From a virus (taxonomy: Duplodnaviria > Heunggongvirae > Uroviricota > Caudoviricetes), in the IMG/VR virus record IMGVR_UViG_3300017650_000009: a stretch of 64,000 bases of DNA, one strand, 5' to 3'. Numbering within the stretch: position 1 is the stretch's first letter; every line of letters begins with the position of its first letter. Below, piece after piece: positions 37,801-47,159 of the stretch. The position numbers were made by a program, and so were the translations under genes. The notes under the pieces are model-generated. The model was not told where the DNA came from. It saw nothing but the letters and a program-made list of their open reading frames with translations, and did not search any database.

Positions 37801-38689
37801 GGGACGAACCATCAACGACTGTAGACCAAGTTGAACCATTATAGTTGAAAATAAACCAACTTGGATTTCCTAGGTTACCACCATTTGAATTCAAACCACC
37901 AGAACGACCAACACCAATAAAATTTGGTTTTCCGTCGATTTCCACATAAGCGGCGATCATGAAAATCATGTCATCGTCTTTGGCTGTGGAACTCATTACG
38001 CTAGAGAAGCTAAAACGATCCGCGGTAAGCCAACCAACCGCACCAGTCATTTCCTCACTATTGCGAGTCAACAACATTCCTCTGTTGCCCAATTCGGGAT
38101 CATGCATCCAGTAATATGCGGGATCACTTTGTGGTATAGTCTGTCCTAGATCATAAACACGATCACCAGCAAAACGTTTCCAATAAGCAAAATTTTGATT
38201 CTCTGGTGATGGAGCATAGATCGCAGGATCCTGATCAAATCGTTTGATTTCTTCGGAGTCCGAGCTATAAAACAGGTGAGCACGGGAGAAACAAAGTGTT
38301 TCATCTTCCATGATCGTTATTTTTTTGTTGATAATTTCCTTCGGGAAAGGAATACAAAGGATCGTAATACCAAATGTGAAGACACCGTCCTCTGGAATGT
38401 TTGCGGGTGGCAAACAGGTCGAACGAGGGGTTTCAGCAGTTAGGATTTCTGTTTCAGAAATAGGCACAACATACTTGAAACTATCCGACATAATCTCGGC
38501 TTTCAAGTCAACTTTTGTATTTTGGTATTGAAAACGTCCAGCGCCCACATCTTCATGTGTGAAACGTTGGCCTACTTTCATGATTTCGCCATTTAGAAGC
38601 AAATTACCTTTTGTGGGCAATGTTCGCAACTGATATAAACCACGTTCTGCGTAAGCTTCGACGATAATATGTTCGTTCAACAAACTCAT
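34811..38689 (-). CDS. giant structural protein (1292 aa) with CSPG/cadherin-like repeats; probable fiber/baseplate/adhesin
   Basis: Repeats FTHEDVGAGRFQYQN, FTHSDLDEGKVCIEG, FTQADVNAGRVKLVHH. Confidence 0.55.
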   Translation of the reverse strand: MSLLNEHIIVEAYAERGLYQLRTLPTKGNLLLNGEIMKVGQRFTHEDVGAGRFQYQNTKVDLKAEIMSDSFKYVVPISETEILTAETPRSTCLPPANIPEDGVFTFGITILCIPFPKEIINKKITIMEDETLCFSRAHLFYSSDSEEIKRFDQDPAIYAPSPENQNFAYWKRFAGDRVYDLGQTIPQSDPAYYWMHDPELGNRGMLLTRNSEEMTGAVGWLTADRFSFSSVMSSTAKDDDMIFMIAAYVEIDGKPNFIGVGRSGGLNSNGGNLGNPSWFIFNYNGSTWSTVVDGSSRAPNHHNNTKNESWPSLGETAVEIIRKGNTLTARCSQFGSTELDDSTLLTYTLSGPFAGQSQYGFGALSQNNARLTNLNFKVLPPEGEEPTDPRADPLFERFPITYTIEHVDKGSEKFPARAIYKLNGAPMKEGDTFTHSDLDEGKVCIEGQFIGPDELVSFFFNACANVNKCTWGRFDVKVREWPYPEVVNNTASMNECEEITLTEDNLKHTVEFGSNPDQITYTWNIEKTLEFTNGNPHIEVVPPQFTQADVNAGRVKLVHHCEEDKTPIWEHVMFDVCTQKNKCVLGDLIVRVHLKPIEHPPVDDNYNVIPLTGCSYVMGFDGQWQLKGKCGLFAEIEGRTLPEPEEEGEIIHVPNAEQPVTVVAVKRDGVLTWEILPFIIDMPPEGTCQVVTSVPNIKTNVNVIYAKITGWEYDGVPEFALIVDNKRLEKKSFDGLKADQVGSKQFIFTYEGTLGPNTTIGIVQTNYKVKGASRRFIRVDSIEVNGSQLKDFIYYNDKNTKINQPASYGEIVANNYSVRVGKPTVGWDAPPPTGDPRTCYRTPNGTFISDAAGQLAPEKGTWDGKLDPIIKEYDFLPAIENTREEWPWPPPRVVFDKESNNVWVKQPDETYIPQPNPHTEAYNVDPFTWIGPNEFWMPFKQKFTIKFYTNRLYVRIDIMNTIGTKVYSRFDPFVSPGKERTSWLLTAPKCLISQRDPNGTTYTTSILKAMNADANCGRGNLFLTSPMDNVEDAMFTNQYFKPTSTDPYQLGNYIVQFPGTDYYGAFAAASRPKLTPEYMNWELFNNDKIRKPKSTKIWDEYDSVGYVSGNVDRRVRNPLRDSTVVPMAGAQYGVLDIRKHMDEWKFFFQTGEKDENMQPISKAADAWFQGELTFLSPDMVNNAREKRNGGTINTTPPEGPTTITFQARAYDIYTGEEKIRTFKIHYTETGKSPEGAKSKTTDALSSVGKSFLPPRGGTMICVYKDARTIGECTILPPSTPDPNEPPKTPKPW

Positions 38690-39852
38690 AGGATTTGAGT
38701 CTCCGATTGTAAGCCAGCACTATTGGTCCCCGTTTGTGTTGTAATCAAAGCGTATCTACGTGTAGCGCTAAGACCGGTTACCGGATCAATGGCTGTGACC
38801 GTGAACAAATAGCGTCCCGGCTCTATTGGAAGCTTCCATGGTTGTGTACCAGCTTGTGATAACGGAATACGATATTGCGTACCCACATATCCTATGCTAG
38901 AAACAGCAACACCAGTAGGCAACCCGCCATCCCAATAAAACTGCTCGTGCAAATTCTTATACTGTATTAATTTATCAAATCCCAAACCACGTTCCGGATC
39001 ATCCAGCGGCGCACCATCAGCAATCGCATAGTTGGACCAATCAATAATGCCAGTACTCGGCGTGCTTGCGTTTCGTGGTGATATATCGGATCCACCTCTA
39101 AGAGACCACAATGCATTTGGTTTGTTTGTTTGGAATGTCCAAGTGAATACTGAATCGATGCGTGCATAGATTACGTTATCACCAATTTGTTTGAAATCCG
39201 CATGAATCTCAACATCAATAACTGTAGGTCCAACACATTGATTTGTTTTTGTGCAAACCATCAAACTAATTGTATCCCATGCAGGGGCCATTCCAGTAGC
39301 AACATAACGAATTGAGTTAGAGTTTACATCTGCTTGGGTGAACATAGTAGTCTTCTTACCACGTAGGCTCAAATAACCATTCGTGAGTGGGGTATTCAAT
39401 TTATAGATAAGATCGTTTGGACTAACACCATCTAGTTCCGCATGTATTACAGTATTATCCAAAACCGTAGACTTCTCCTCAACCACATTGATTTTGTTCT
39501 CAATTAGTGTGATCGTAGGAGGTGTCATTTTATTAATGCGGATCGAAAACTCAAATATTCCATCCTCAGGAACTTCAATATCACGATCAGGCAAGCATGT
39601 ATTATAGGAATCAGCCGTTATATTTCCAAGTCCATACTTGTATAGGTTATATTTGAAGGAATCCTCTAGAAACTCAACATTGTCGGGTACTTTGGTCGTA
39701 CTTACGAATTTGATTTGCTCATCGAAAATATCCTGTTGTGAAAATTTAGATCCCACTTGTAGTCGGGTTTTACCCTTAACAAGATAACCATATTGGGGCA
39801 ACGTGAGGAGCTTAAAAAGCCCCTCCGTCGGAATCATAGGATTAACAACCAT
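38686..39852 (-). CDS. structural protein (388 aa) with CSPG/cadherin-like repeats
   Basis: FSQQDIFDEQIKFVST, FTQADVNSNSIRYVATG; ATGA overlap with neighbours. Confidence 0.5.
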   Translation of the reverse strand: MVVNPMIPTEGLFKLLTLPQYGYLVKGKTRLQVGSKFSQQDIFDEQIKFVSTTKVPDNVEFLEDSFKYNLYKYGLGNITADSYNTCLPDRDIEVPEDGIFEFSIRINKMTPPTITLIENKINVVEEKSTVLDNTVIHAELDGVSPNDLIYKLNTPLTNGYLSLRGKKTTMFTQADVNSNSIRYVATGMAPAWDTISLMVCTKTNQCVGPTVIDVEIHADFKQIGDNVIYARIDSVFTWTFQTNKPNALWSLRGGSDISPRNASTPSTGIIDWSNYAIADGAPLDDPERGLGFDKLIQYKNLHEQFYWDGGLPTGVAVSSIGYVGTQYRIPLSQAGTQPWKLPIEPGRYLFTVTAIDPVTGLSATRRYALITTQTGTNSAGLQSETQIL

Positions 39853-39853
39853 A

Positions 39854-42800
39854 TTAACCCTCCTTTGTGCGGAAGTCTACGTTCCATACAGCCGGAGTAG
39901 GACCTACAGCACAATTCTCAGTTACTAGGATGTTAACGTATTGGCTTGTTAGTCCAGTATTGAATGTATATTCTAGTTCACCCGCAGTATTTGAACGGCA
40001 ACCCGAATTTACATGCACTGTACGATTTTGATCCTGAACAAAGATACTAGCATAACCAATATCAACTTTGAACTTGAGAACCATAGTCGAACCTGGCTTC
40101 TTCAAGAAAATAGTCTTCGATGCTTTGTTTGTAACTGGATCAGTATCACTTGGGCTGATAACTTCGCCTTCTTCCCAGTTGTCTGTTTCACCTGGAGTTT
40201 CGGCATCGTCTGGGTTAGGATCATCGACGTTTGCGTAATCCATATCAACATCACACATCTGCAAGTAATCATATGTAATTGCACGAGTTTCTAGCTCAAA
40301 TAGTACAAGCTGAGTCTGGAAACAAATCCAAGGTGGGTTGTTCACTTGTGTGAATTTAATATCGAATGTGCCTGAACCTGAGAAAGGTATTGAGTTAACC
40401 TCAAAATCAAAAGAATCAGGATCCGTACGATACGTGATACTAGTGTATGTGATTACGTTCGCATAGATGTCAGCAAGGGTAAATGTATCACCTTCATTGA
40501 GCACTACGCCGTTACGCTCGAGTACACCACGAGAAACACCACGAGTAATTGTGAAAATCATATCTTCACGATTAAAACTCGTACGCAAGTTCAACACGTT
40601 GAGTGACACACCTGTGATTGCTCGTTTGGTACAAGGCGGAACAACTAGACCCTTGTTGACCAACTCTGGCGGTGGTGGTGGAATAATACGAATTGGGAAT
40701 GTTTCCAAAGGCAACACATTTCCACCTGCATCTGTGAGCGAGAAGTCAAAGGAGTCCAAAAGTGCTCCTTCTTCTGTTTCACAATACGATAGGAAACCAA
40801 ATCTAATATCCTGATACGTGAATACATCGCCTTCCTTCAGTGGCACATCCTTTAGAGAAAGTGTACCATAAAGAGGAAGTTTGAGTATCTGTAACTTCAA
40901 TTGATCATCTGTGGATTCACGATCATTGATATAGATATTTGAGCCAGTAATTTGCTTACAAGTTAGCTCGCCTAGCACCAATTCGTTCATTACCAATTCA
41001 GGCGGACGATCCGTCATGATAAGTTCAATAAGGAAGTTATCCGTAATCTTTTCAATTCCATCAGTAACTTCAAAAGTAAAGAAATCAGTGCTCTGAACCA
41101 TTTGGTCCGGATCAGGAACATATGTTAGGCGTCCACTATTGATATCTTCTTGTGTTAGCTTTGTGCCAATTTCAATCTCAACAGTTCCCAACATAAGCTT
41201 ACCAACTTTTGGTAAAGAACGGATTGTATAAACCAGTTCAGCGTCGGTAGTAACGGAACCACTTGTAGCCAACAACAATGAGTTATCGATGGTTCCAGTT
41301 TCAGATTGCTCAACGACTAGTTTTTCGTTTTTCAATTCGAGTCCAGGAAGGAAAAACACATGGAATTCAATTTCTCTAGCACAGAATCCATTTGTCACCG
41401 ATAGCTCAAATACATCCTCTTCTGGAGTGTCACGTTCGTGTTGGTATGAGAGTAACATCAACAGGATATCATTACTTGTGAATGTTTCATCACGGCCAAT
41501 ACGTTTGCCATCGACTTTGAGATATCCAAAATTAGGAGTTTTGGTTACCGTAAACACGAACTCACTAGGATCAACACCTTCATTGTATGCGAGCAAATTA
41601 AGCTCAGTGATAGCCTTTTCCTTGGTGAAACTCATTGTGATTGGATTATAAATGATTTCAGGGCAAAGCAATGGTGGTGGTGGAAAAATAAACAACATCG
41701 CACCAGCAATACGGGACGAAAATTCATCATACATTACAAAGTGGACATAATCATTTACTACGTTTCGGTCGGTGACTTCGGCCACATAACGGAACGTATT
41801 GAGCTGCCAATCAGGTTGGTTGAATTTCTGCCCAACAAACGCCGGCTCACCATTGATATAGAATGTACCATATAGTGGTAGCTCGGTAATTTCCAACCAT
41901 GCATCCTCAAGTGGACCATCATCATCTGTAAAATTTACGTCTTCGACATCGAAGTTTACTTCACCATTTCGTGGTGGAGAATGTGGTTTATTAACTGTCA
42001 AATACGGAGGTTTATTATTCTCGTTCGTAATAACAATACCAGCGCCTTTACGTACTTCATTCATTTCGTCTCGAACAATGAATTCAAAACCATCAGTCCA
42101 AGGTGTGTGAACAGTACAATCATGTGTATATGTGAGTTTTGAGTCCAATACATCCTGATATGTAAACTTGTCACCGATTTTAACCGGTTTGCCATCCAAT
42201 AATAGTTCACCATGTGTGGGCAATACTGTAACTTCAATTTCGAGTTTATCTGGCTTCAAACCCTCTGGGTCACGAATGTAAATGTTTTCTTCAGTGAACA
42301 CACCGGATTCGCAACGTTCAACTTCCAAAATAACAGTATCAACAATTGGAGGTTCATTTGGAACTAGTTCCAATATGTATTTGAAGTCAGTTACGGTAGA
42401 AGTTTCACGAGTGTGATACGCATCCATAATAATTTCATCGAATGGTGTCTTTGAGCAATCATGTGTGAAACTTAGGCGACCAGCAGTAATATCAGCTAGA
42501 ACCCATGTATCTCCGACTTTCATTGGAGAATTATTCTTCTTTAAGATACCATGCAATGGAAGTTTCTTCAGAACAAAAGTAATTGGTTCATCTGGATCAT
42601 CTTCATCAACGGCCCATAGCGAATCCTGAGAGAATATTAATTCCTCACACTGCTTGATTTTACGTGGAGAGCCCTGGATCTGAATCAGTTTATCAACAAG
42701 ACGAATACGAATTTCAAGTGTATAAACGGGTGCCTTATCCTCCGGTTCACCAACTACAACACCAGACCAGTTATTCTTCGCATCACGTACTTTGAATACC

Positions 42801-43432
42801 AAATAGTCGAGTTCTTCCTCACGACTACCATTATGTCGGTATTCTAATCGACCTTTATCAATATCATCTTGTGTGAATTCGGTGCCAGGACCAATGCGCT
42901 TGCCCTTCAAGTAGATATCACCGAATTGTGGCCATGCTTGCACTCGCATAAAGATCGCACTTGGAGGGTCCTTAATATCGGTGAAGTGGATATTAACGTT
43001 TCCAATAACTTTATTTTCACTAATACCAACGTAAAGCGGAAGTGTACCACCTTCTGGTGCTCGATCGGGAAAGTTATATCGAATAGTGAGAGTAACGTTT
43101 ACTGGGCGGCTACTCGGATCATTTAGATCCTGAATTACTAGGTTTACCTTAATATACTCTTTAGTGACGTTAGACGGATCAGCAACGTAACGAATAACAC
43201 CGGAATTGATTTCAGCTTGTGTGAAAACAACTGGCTGTAATGTCGTAGTATTTCGTACAAAATGTCCAATGTCTGGATCCAAACTTCTCATCGTATATTG
43301 GATTTTATTGGGTGCACCATTACCACCAGTCGGCAACGTAGATACCGCATTCAAGTTTATTTGTGTTATAGGAGTGTTTGTTGCGGGGTTAATACCCAGC
43401 TCTTTAACCGTCACATTTGAGTTAATTGCCAT
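39854..43432 (-). CDS. giant structural protein (1192 aa) with about 9 CSPG/cadherin-like repeats
   Basis: Periodic x-GD-x-F-T-x-x-D-[IL]-x-x-G-x-[LI]-x-Y-x-H motifs about 100 aa apart. Confidence 0.55.
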   Translation of the reverse strand: MAINSNVTVKELGINPATNTPITQINLNAVSTLPTGGNGAPNKIQYTMRSLDPDIGHFVRNTTTLQPVVFTQAEINSGVIRYVADPSNVTKEYIKVNLVIQDLNDPSSRPVNVTLTIRYNFPDRAPEGGTLPLYVGISENKVIGNVNIHFTDIKDPPSAIFMRVQAWPQFGDIYLKGKRIGPGTEFTQDDIDKGRLEYRHNGSREEELDYLVFKVRDAKNNWSGVVVGEPEDKAPVYTLEIRIRLVDKLIQIQGSPRKIKQCEELIFSQDSLWAVDEDDPDEPITFVLKKLPLHGILKKNNSPMKVGDTWVLADITAGRLSFTHDCSKTPFDEIIMDAYHTRETSTVTDFKYILELVPNEPPIVDTVILEVERCESGVFTEENIYIRDPEGLKPDKLEIEVTVLPTHGELLLDGKPVKIGDKFTYQDVLDSKLTYTHDCTVHTPWTDGFEFIVRDEMNEVRKGAGIVITNENNKPPYLTVNKPHSPPRNGEVNFDVEDVNFTDDDGPLEDAWLEITELPLYGTFYINGEPAFVGQKFNQPDWQLNTFRYVAEVTDRNVVNDYVHFVMYDEFSSRIAGAMLFIFPPPPLLCPEIIYNPITMSFTKEKAITELNLLAYNEGVDPSEFVFTVTKTPNFGYLKVDGKRIGRDETFTSNDILLMLLSYQHERDTPEEDVFELSVTNGFCAREIEFHVFFLPGLELKNEKLVVEQSETGTIDNSLLLATSGSVTTDAELVYTIRSLPKVGKLMLGTVEIEIGTKLTQEDINSGRLTYVPDPDQMVQSTDFFTFEVTDGIEKITDNFLIELIMTDRPPELVMNELVLGELTCKQITGSNIYINDRESTDDQLKLQILKLPLYGTLSLKDVPLKEGDVFTYQDIRFGFLSYCETEEGALLDSFDFSLTDAGGNVLPLETFPIRIIPPPPPELVNKGLVVPPCTKRAITGVSLNVLNLRTSFNREDMIFTITRGVSRGVLERNGVVLNEGDTFTLADIYANVITYTSITYRTDPDSFDFEVNSIPFSGSGTFDIKFTQVNNPPWICFQTQLVLFELETRAITYDYLQMCDVDMDYANVDDPNPDDAETPGETDNWEEGEVISPSDTDPVTNKASKTIFLKKPGSTMVLKFKVDIGYASIFVQDQNRTVHVNSGCRSNTAGELEYTFNTGLTSQYVNILVTENCAVGPTPAVWNVDFRTKEG

Positions 43433-43539
43433 GTTTTTTGATTACTCCAAGGAAGCGCTTTTTCTTCCTATTTATGTTGTTTTGGACTTGACATTTTTTG
43501 CTTTCCTGTTACGTTTGTAGAAACAATGGAGAAGATCGT

Positions 43540-45132
43540 ATGTGGACAACAGACCTTAAACAGATTCACAAATTGTTCGACGATGCAGGATTTGAGATCC
43601 GGATCGTTGGTGGTGCTGTCCGCGATCATCTTTTGGGTCTTGAGCCCAACGACATCGATCTTTGCACTGATGCAACTCCAGATGAAATGATTACACTGGC
43701 CGAAACAAACAGTATCAAAGTTATCCCAACTGGTCTACAGCATGGTACGGTTACATTTGTAATCAATGGCGAACCCTATGAGATCACAACTTTGCGAATC
43801 GACGTTGAAACAGATGGTCGTCACGCAGAAGTTGCGTTCACTCGTAGCTTTGAAGAAGATGCTTTGCGCCGGGATTTCACGTTCAACGCTATGAGTTATG
43901 ATATTCATGGTGTTGTGCATGATTACTTCGATGGTCAAGTCGATCTGAAACGCAATGTTGTTCGATTCGTCGGAGATGCCGAAGCACGTATCCGTGAGGA
44001 TTACCTACGTGTATTGAGGTGGTTCCGGTTTTACTCGCGTATGGGTTCGAGTGAACGAACTATGGAAGACGTTGATCTTCTTCGTTTGTTTGGTGAAGAT
44101 TGGATTCAATCGGGTATGGATAAACTCAGTGGTGAGCGCATATGGTCCGAACTGAAAAAGATTTTATCAACCACAAACATGCGACAGGCCGCAATCGATT
44201 TGATTCAAACAGGAATGCTCGAAACAGTCCTGGGTCTTAGTATGACTCAATCCGAACGTGATATGTTCGTTACGCCGTCTTACGAATCATACTCGGTGAT
44301 TTGGAGTATAGAGGAGATTCTGAAATCCGATTTTGGTCATTTCCCACAATTTGTGGAACTTGCTCCAATTACAGTCATTGCACGATTTCTTGCTTCGTTC
44401 ACACCCGAAGAAGCAAACGCGGTAATTGATCGTTTGCGTATGTCTGCATCGGAAGCCAAAGCAATGCGCGAAATGCGCGATTACATGTTGATTGAACTTA
44501 CCGCGGGAAGTGAAACTGCTCGTCTCGATCTCATTTCCGGATTGACACGTACTTCACTTACATATTGGGTTCACTACGCGAGCTCCAAAGGCGTTGATAT
44601 GCATTTGGCTTTGTTTGCTGCGCTAACTTCACCAAATATGTTTCAGCCACGCGATGTTAGTGAAATGATCCGCTCAGTGTTTAAGCCAAACGGCGAAGTC
44701 GAGATGTCGGAAATTGAACCATTTACAATAACGGGCAAGGATCTGATTGAGCTCGGTTTGAAACCTGGTCCAATGTTCTCCAAGATCATTGAGATGGCAC
44801 GATGGAAATGGTACTCAAGCTCATGTAGTATGGACCGTGGACGGCAGCGTACTTGGGTTTCCAAACTGATCGCGGATGCACCCGAGCCGCATGTGTTGGT
44901 CAAACACCTCTATAGTTGTTTCCAAAGTGAACTCGATTTCAATAAGGGAATGGATCATTATGATATCCAACTTCATACCATCGAATGGGCAACTAAGCTA
45001 CCAAAGGGGTTTCATGCAGTTATCGAGGATCGCAAATCCCGTGATGATTGTCGCATGTTTGTATTGTGTCCGACTAAAGCTGCGGCGGTTACGCTCAAAC
45101 TAGAGGACGAATATATGCATGACGCAAAGTAA
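43540..45132 (+). CDS. cca: CCA-adding tRNA nucleotidyltransferase (class II Pol-beta NTase) with C-terminal extension
   Basis: RIVGGAVRDHLLGLEPNDIDLCTDATP head motif; SD ggagaag + ATG 43540 (track ORF starts earlier at 43498). Confidence 0.75.
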   Translation: MWTTDLKQIHKLFDDAGFEIRIVGGAVRDHLLGLEPNDIDLCTDATPDEMITLAETNSIKVIPTGLQHGTVTFVINGEPYEITTLRIDVETDGRHAEVAFTRSFEEDALRRDFTFNAMSYDIHGVVHDYFDGQVDLKRNVVRFVGDAEARIREDYLRVLRWFRFYSRMGSSERTMEDVDLLRLFGEDWIQSGMDKLSGERIWSELKKILSTTNMRQAAIDLIQTGMLETVLGLSMTQSERDMFVTPSYESYSVIWSIEEILKSDFGHFPQFVELAPITVIARFLASFTPEEANAVIDRLRMSASEAKAMREMRDYMLIELTAGSETARLDLISGLTRTSLTYWVHYASSKGVDMHLALFAALTSPNMFQPRDVSEMIRSVFKPNGEVEMSEIEPFTITGKDLIELGLKPGPMFSKIIEMARWKWYSSSCSMDRGRQRTWVSKLIADAPEPHVLVKHLYSCFQSELDFNKGMDHYDIQLHTIEWATKLPKGFHAVIEDRKSRDDCRMFVLCPTKAAAVTLKLEDEYMHDAK

Positions 45133-45135
45133 TTT

Positions 45136-45170
45136 TACAGCGGTCGCCGATCTTCGGCGGTCGCAGCTTT
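45136..45170 (+). terminator. GC-rich hairpin terminator after cca gene
   Basis: cggtcgccga-tct-tcggcggtcg then gcagcttt. Confidence 0.45.
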
Positions 45171-45323
45171 GTCATCAATATTTTGATTTTTCTAGTTGGT
45201 ATACCAATGAACCTAACGAGAAAAAGGTATCCAATACTTACGTGCTTGACATGGCATTGAAACGGTTTCTTGCTGATTTTACGAAATATGACTTTGACAC
45301 CAAAACGGGTGTATTATTAGTTT

Positions 45324-45749
45324 TTGATAAGTTACTTGCAATTGCTTTACGACTGGAATTTGGAGATGAAATTCGTTTCACAAGGACCGTATAATAGCGT
45401 CCATTTTTCTGCAGAACGATCACCGCAATATTATGATGCAAAAAATTTGCATATAGTGGTGTCTTGTTTCGAAGAAGAAGAAAATAAACAACCTAATTTG
45501 AATCGAGACAAGTGTTTCACCTATCTTGCTCGTAGTATCAATGATATGCAGGAAGAATTGCTTTCAAGCGATTTGAGAGATGTTCTAGATCATAAACATG
45601 GTAAATCCATACCGCATCCATACTCGATCGAGCATGAAGCTTATCGAAATAGGGATATATATTTGGCTAAAACCGTTTTGAGCATTGTTACTCGAATCAT
45701 CATTCATGATCCTCTTTTAATGGTACATCTTAAACTCATATATGGTTGA
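45324..45749 (+). CDS. FKLxFG-family protein (exact start uncertain)
   Basis: C-terminus LMVHLKLIYG. Confidence 0.35.
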   Translation: MISYLQLLYDWNLEMKFVSQGPYNSVHFSAERSPQYYDAKNLHIVVSCFEEEENKQPNLNRDKCFTYLARSINDMQEELLSSDLRDVLDHKHGKSIPHPYSIEHEAYRNRDIYLAKTVLSIVTRIIIHDPLLMVHLKLIYG

Positions 45750-45779
45750 CATTTTGGTTGCCCATGCTATATCCGATAT

Positions 45780-46310
45780 ATGGAACAGACATCTTTTTAT
45801 CATCCGCGCTTGAACGCGCATAAAGCCATCGGCGTAGACATTGATTCTACACTGATCGAGGGTCCTTGCAGCTTTTACCTTCAGCGGTGGGTCCAACAAT
45901 ATCACAAAGATATTGAGTTGCACTTGGTCACATTCCGTGTTGAGGATGACTTCGACGCAATTGAGCGTGACATCGGTACATATGGGATGCAACTCGATAT
46001 GTTTCATGGCGTTCATGGCATTCCGCTTGATGTGGCTAATGATTTCTACAAGCTCACAGCTAAAGTCGGCATGAAGGGTCAGGTTAACGAAGCAAAGTGG
46101 AAACGCACACTTGCTTATCACAACACGAGTGAGGAGCAATATGAATCCACATCCACTATGGTCAAAAAGTGGAAAGGGCTCAAATGCCGAGAGCTTGGGC
46201 TTACTGCGCTCATCGATGATCTCGAAGATATGGTTGTTCCAGGTTGCCTCGAACACGGCATTGAATGGATTAATGCCCTAACCCTGACCAAGGACTATTA
46301 TGGAAAATAG
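45780..46310 (+). CDS. HAD-superfamily phosphatase-like protein
   Basis: Motif I DIDSTL (DxDxT) near N-terminus. Confidence 0.45.
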   Translation: MEQTSFYHPRLNAHKAIGVDIDSTLIEGPCSFYLQRWVQQYHKDIELHLVTFRVEDDFDAIERDIGTYGMQLDMFHGVHGIPLDVANDFYKLTAKVGMKGQVNEAKWKRTLAYHNTSEEQYESTSTMVKKWKGLKCRELGLTALIDDLEDMVVPGCLEHGIEWINALTLTKDYYGK

Positions 46311-46548
46311 AATTATCCCCGTAGATGAACTACCTGAGGATCTTGTAATCGAGGATTATGGCATCGTTGACATTCGGTGCTACGGGGGTTCACCTGTTGA
46401 GATAAACGGTCCCATTTATGAGTTGATTCCTGAAGTTACGGAATGGCTCAAAGAGAATTGCCCAAATAGCTTTTTTCATGAGGAAGAGTTTGAGCTGCGC
46501 TTGCATTCGGATCATGATGCTATGATGTTTAAGTTGAGGTGGCTATGA
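46300..46548 (+). CDS. FKLxFG-family small protein
   Basis: C-terminus AMMFKLRWL. Confidence 0.45.
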   Translation: MENRIIPVDELPEDLVIEDYGIVDIRCYGGSPVEINGPIYELIPEVTEWLKENCPNSFFHEEEFELRLHSDHDAMMFKLRWL

Positions 46549-46844
46549 GCCTAATTGATATTGATAACTCGGATATCCTAAACAAGTTGTTTGTGATTCC
46601 GTGGGACGAGTTTAGTTTCTTCGGAACACCAGATGATGTTCCATTTATTGATCATGTTATGGCTAGACTTGAACTTGTCGAGTATCAATCTGATTTTAAA
46701 CAATGGCTTGAAGAAAACAATATGGTAGGAATAAAGCGTAGGTTTTATCTTGAAGAAGTATCGCCAAACAATTTCATGATTCATGTGGAGTTTGCATCGG
46801 ATTCAGAAGCAAACTCCATGCTGTTTAAGTTAACTTGGCTCTAA
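46539..46844 (+). CDS. FKLxFG-family small protein
   Basis: C-terminus SMLFKLTWL. Confidence 0.45.
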   Translation: MAMSLIDIDNSDILNKLFVIPWDEFSFFGTPDDVPFIDHVMARLELVEYQSDFKQWLEENNMVGIKRRFYLEEVSPNNFMIHVEFASDSEANSMLFKLTWL

Positions 46845-47159
46845 TTACTTGGGGCGGTAATCCGTTGGGAACATATCATCGGGATCCGTCCTGCAAAGCC
46901 CACACATTCCATCATGCTCATCACGTTCGGCTTCATCAACGATTTGTATTAAATCATAAACAAATATTGTGAATGCTTGGTTGATCGAAGTAGCAACTTG
47001 TGACGCAATAGCTTGGTTCATCATACGCATGGCGTTATCGATATCGTAGTTTCCACTAGAATACCCACCATTCATATAAGAGCTTGAATATGATTTACCC
47101 GCCAACATTCGAAGTCTGTTACGCATGACATCGGCATCAATTACTTTTTTCTTAGCCAT
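46845..47159 (-). CDS. hypothetical protein
   Basis: ORF track. Confidence 0.4.
   Translation of the reverse strand: MAKKKVIDADVMRNRLRMLAGKSYSSSYMNGGYSSGNYDIDNAMRMMNQAIASQVATSINQAFTIFVYDLIQIVDEAERDEHDGMCGLCRTDPDDMFPTDYRPK

Noticed and set aside
35015-38531. Numerous short ORFs inside and antisense to the giant structural genes
   Set aside because: Fully contained in long, motif-supported reading frames.
45119-45394. ORF 45119-45394 (+)
   Set aside because: Its 5' end is occupied by the GC-rich terminator hairpin after the cca gene and it has no SD; probably non-coding or a much shorter gene.
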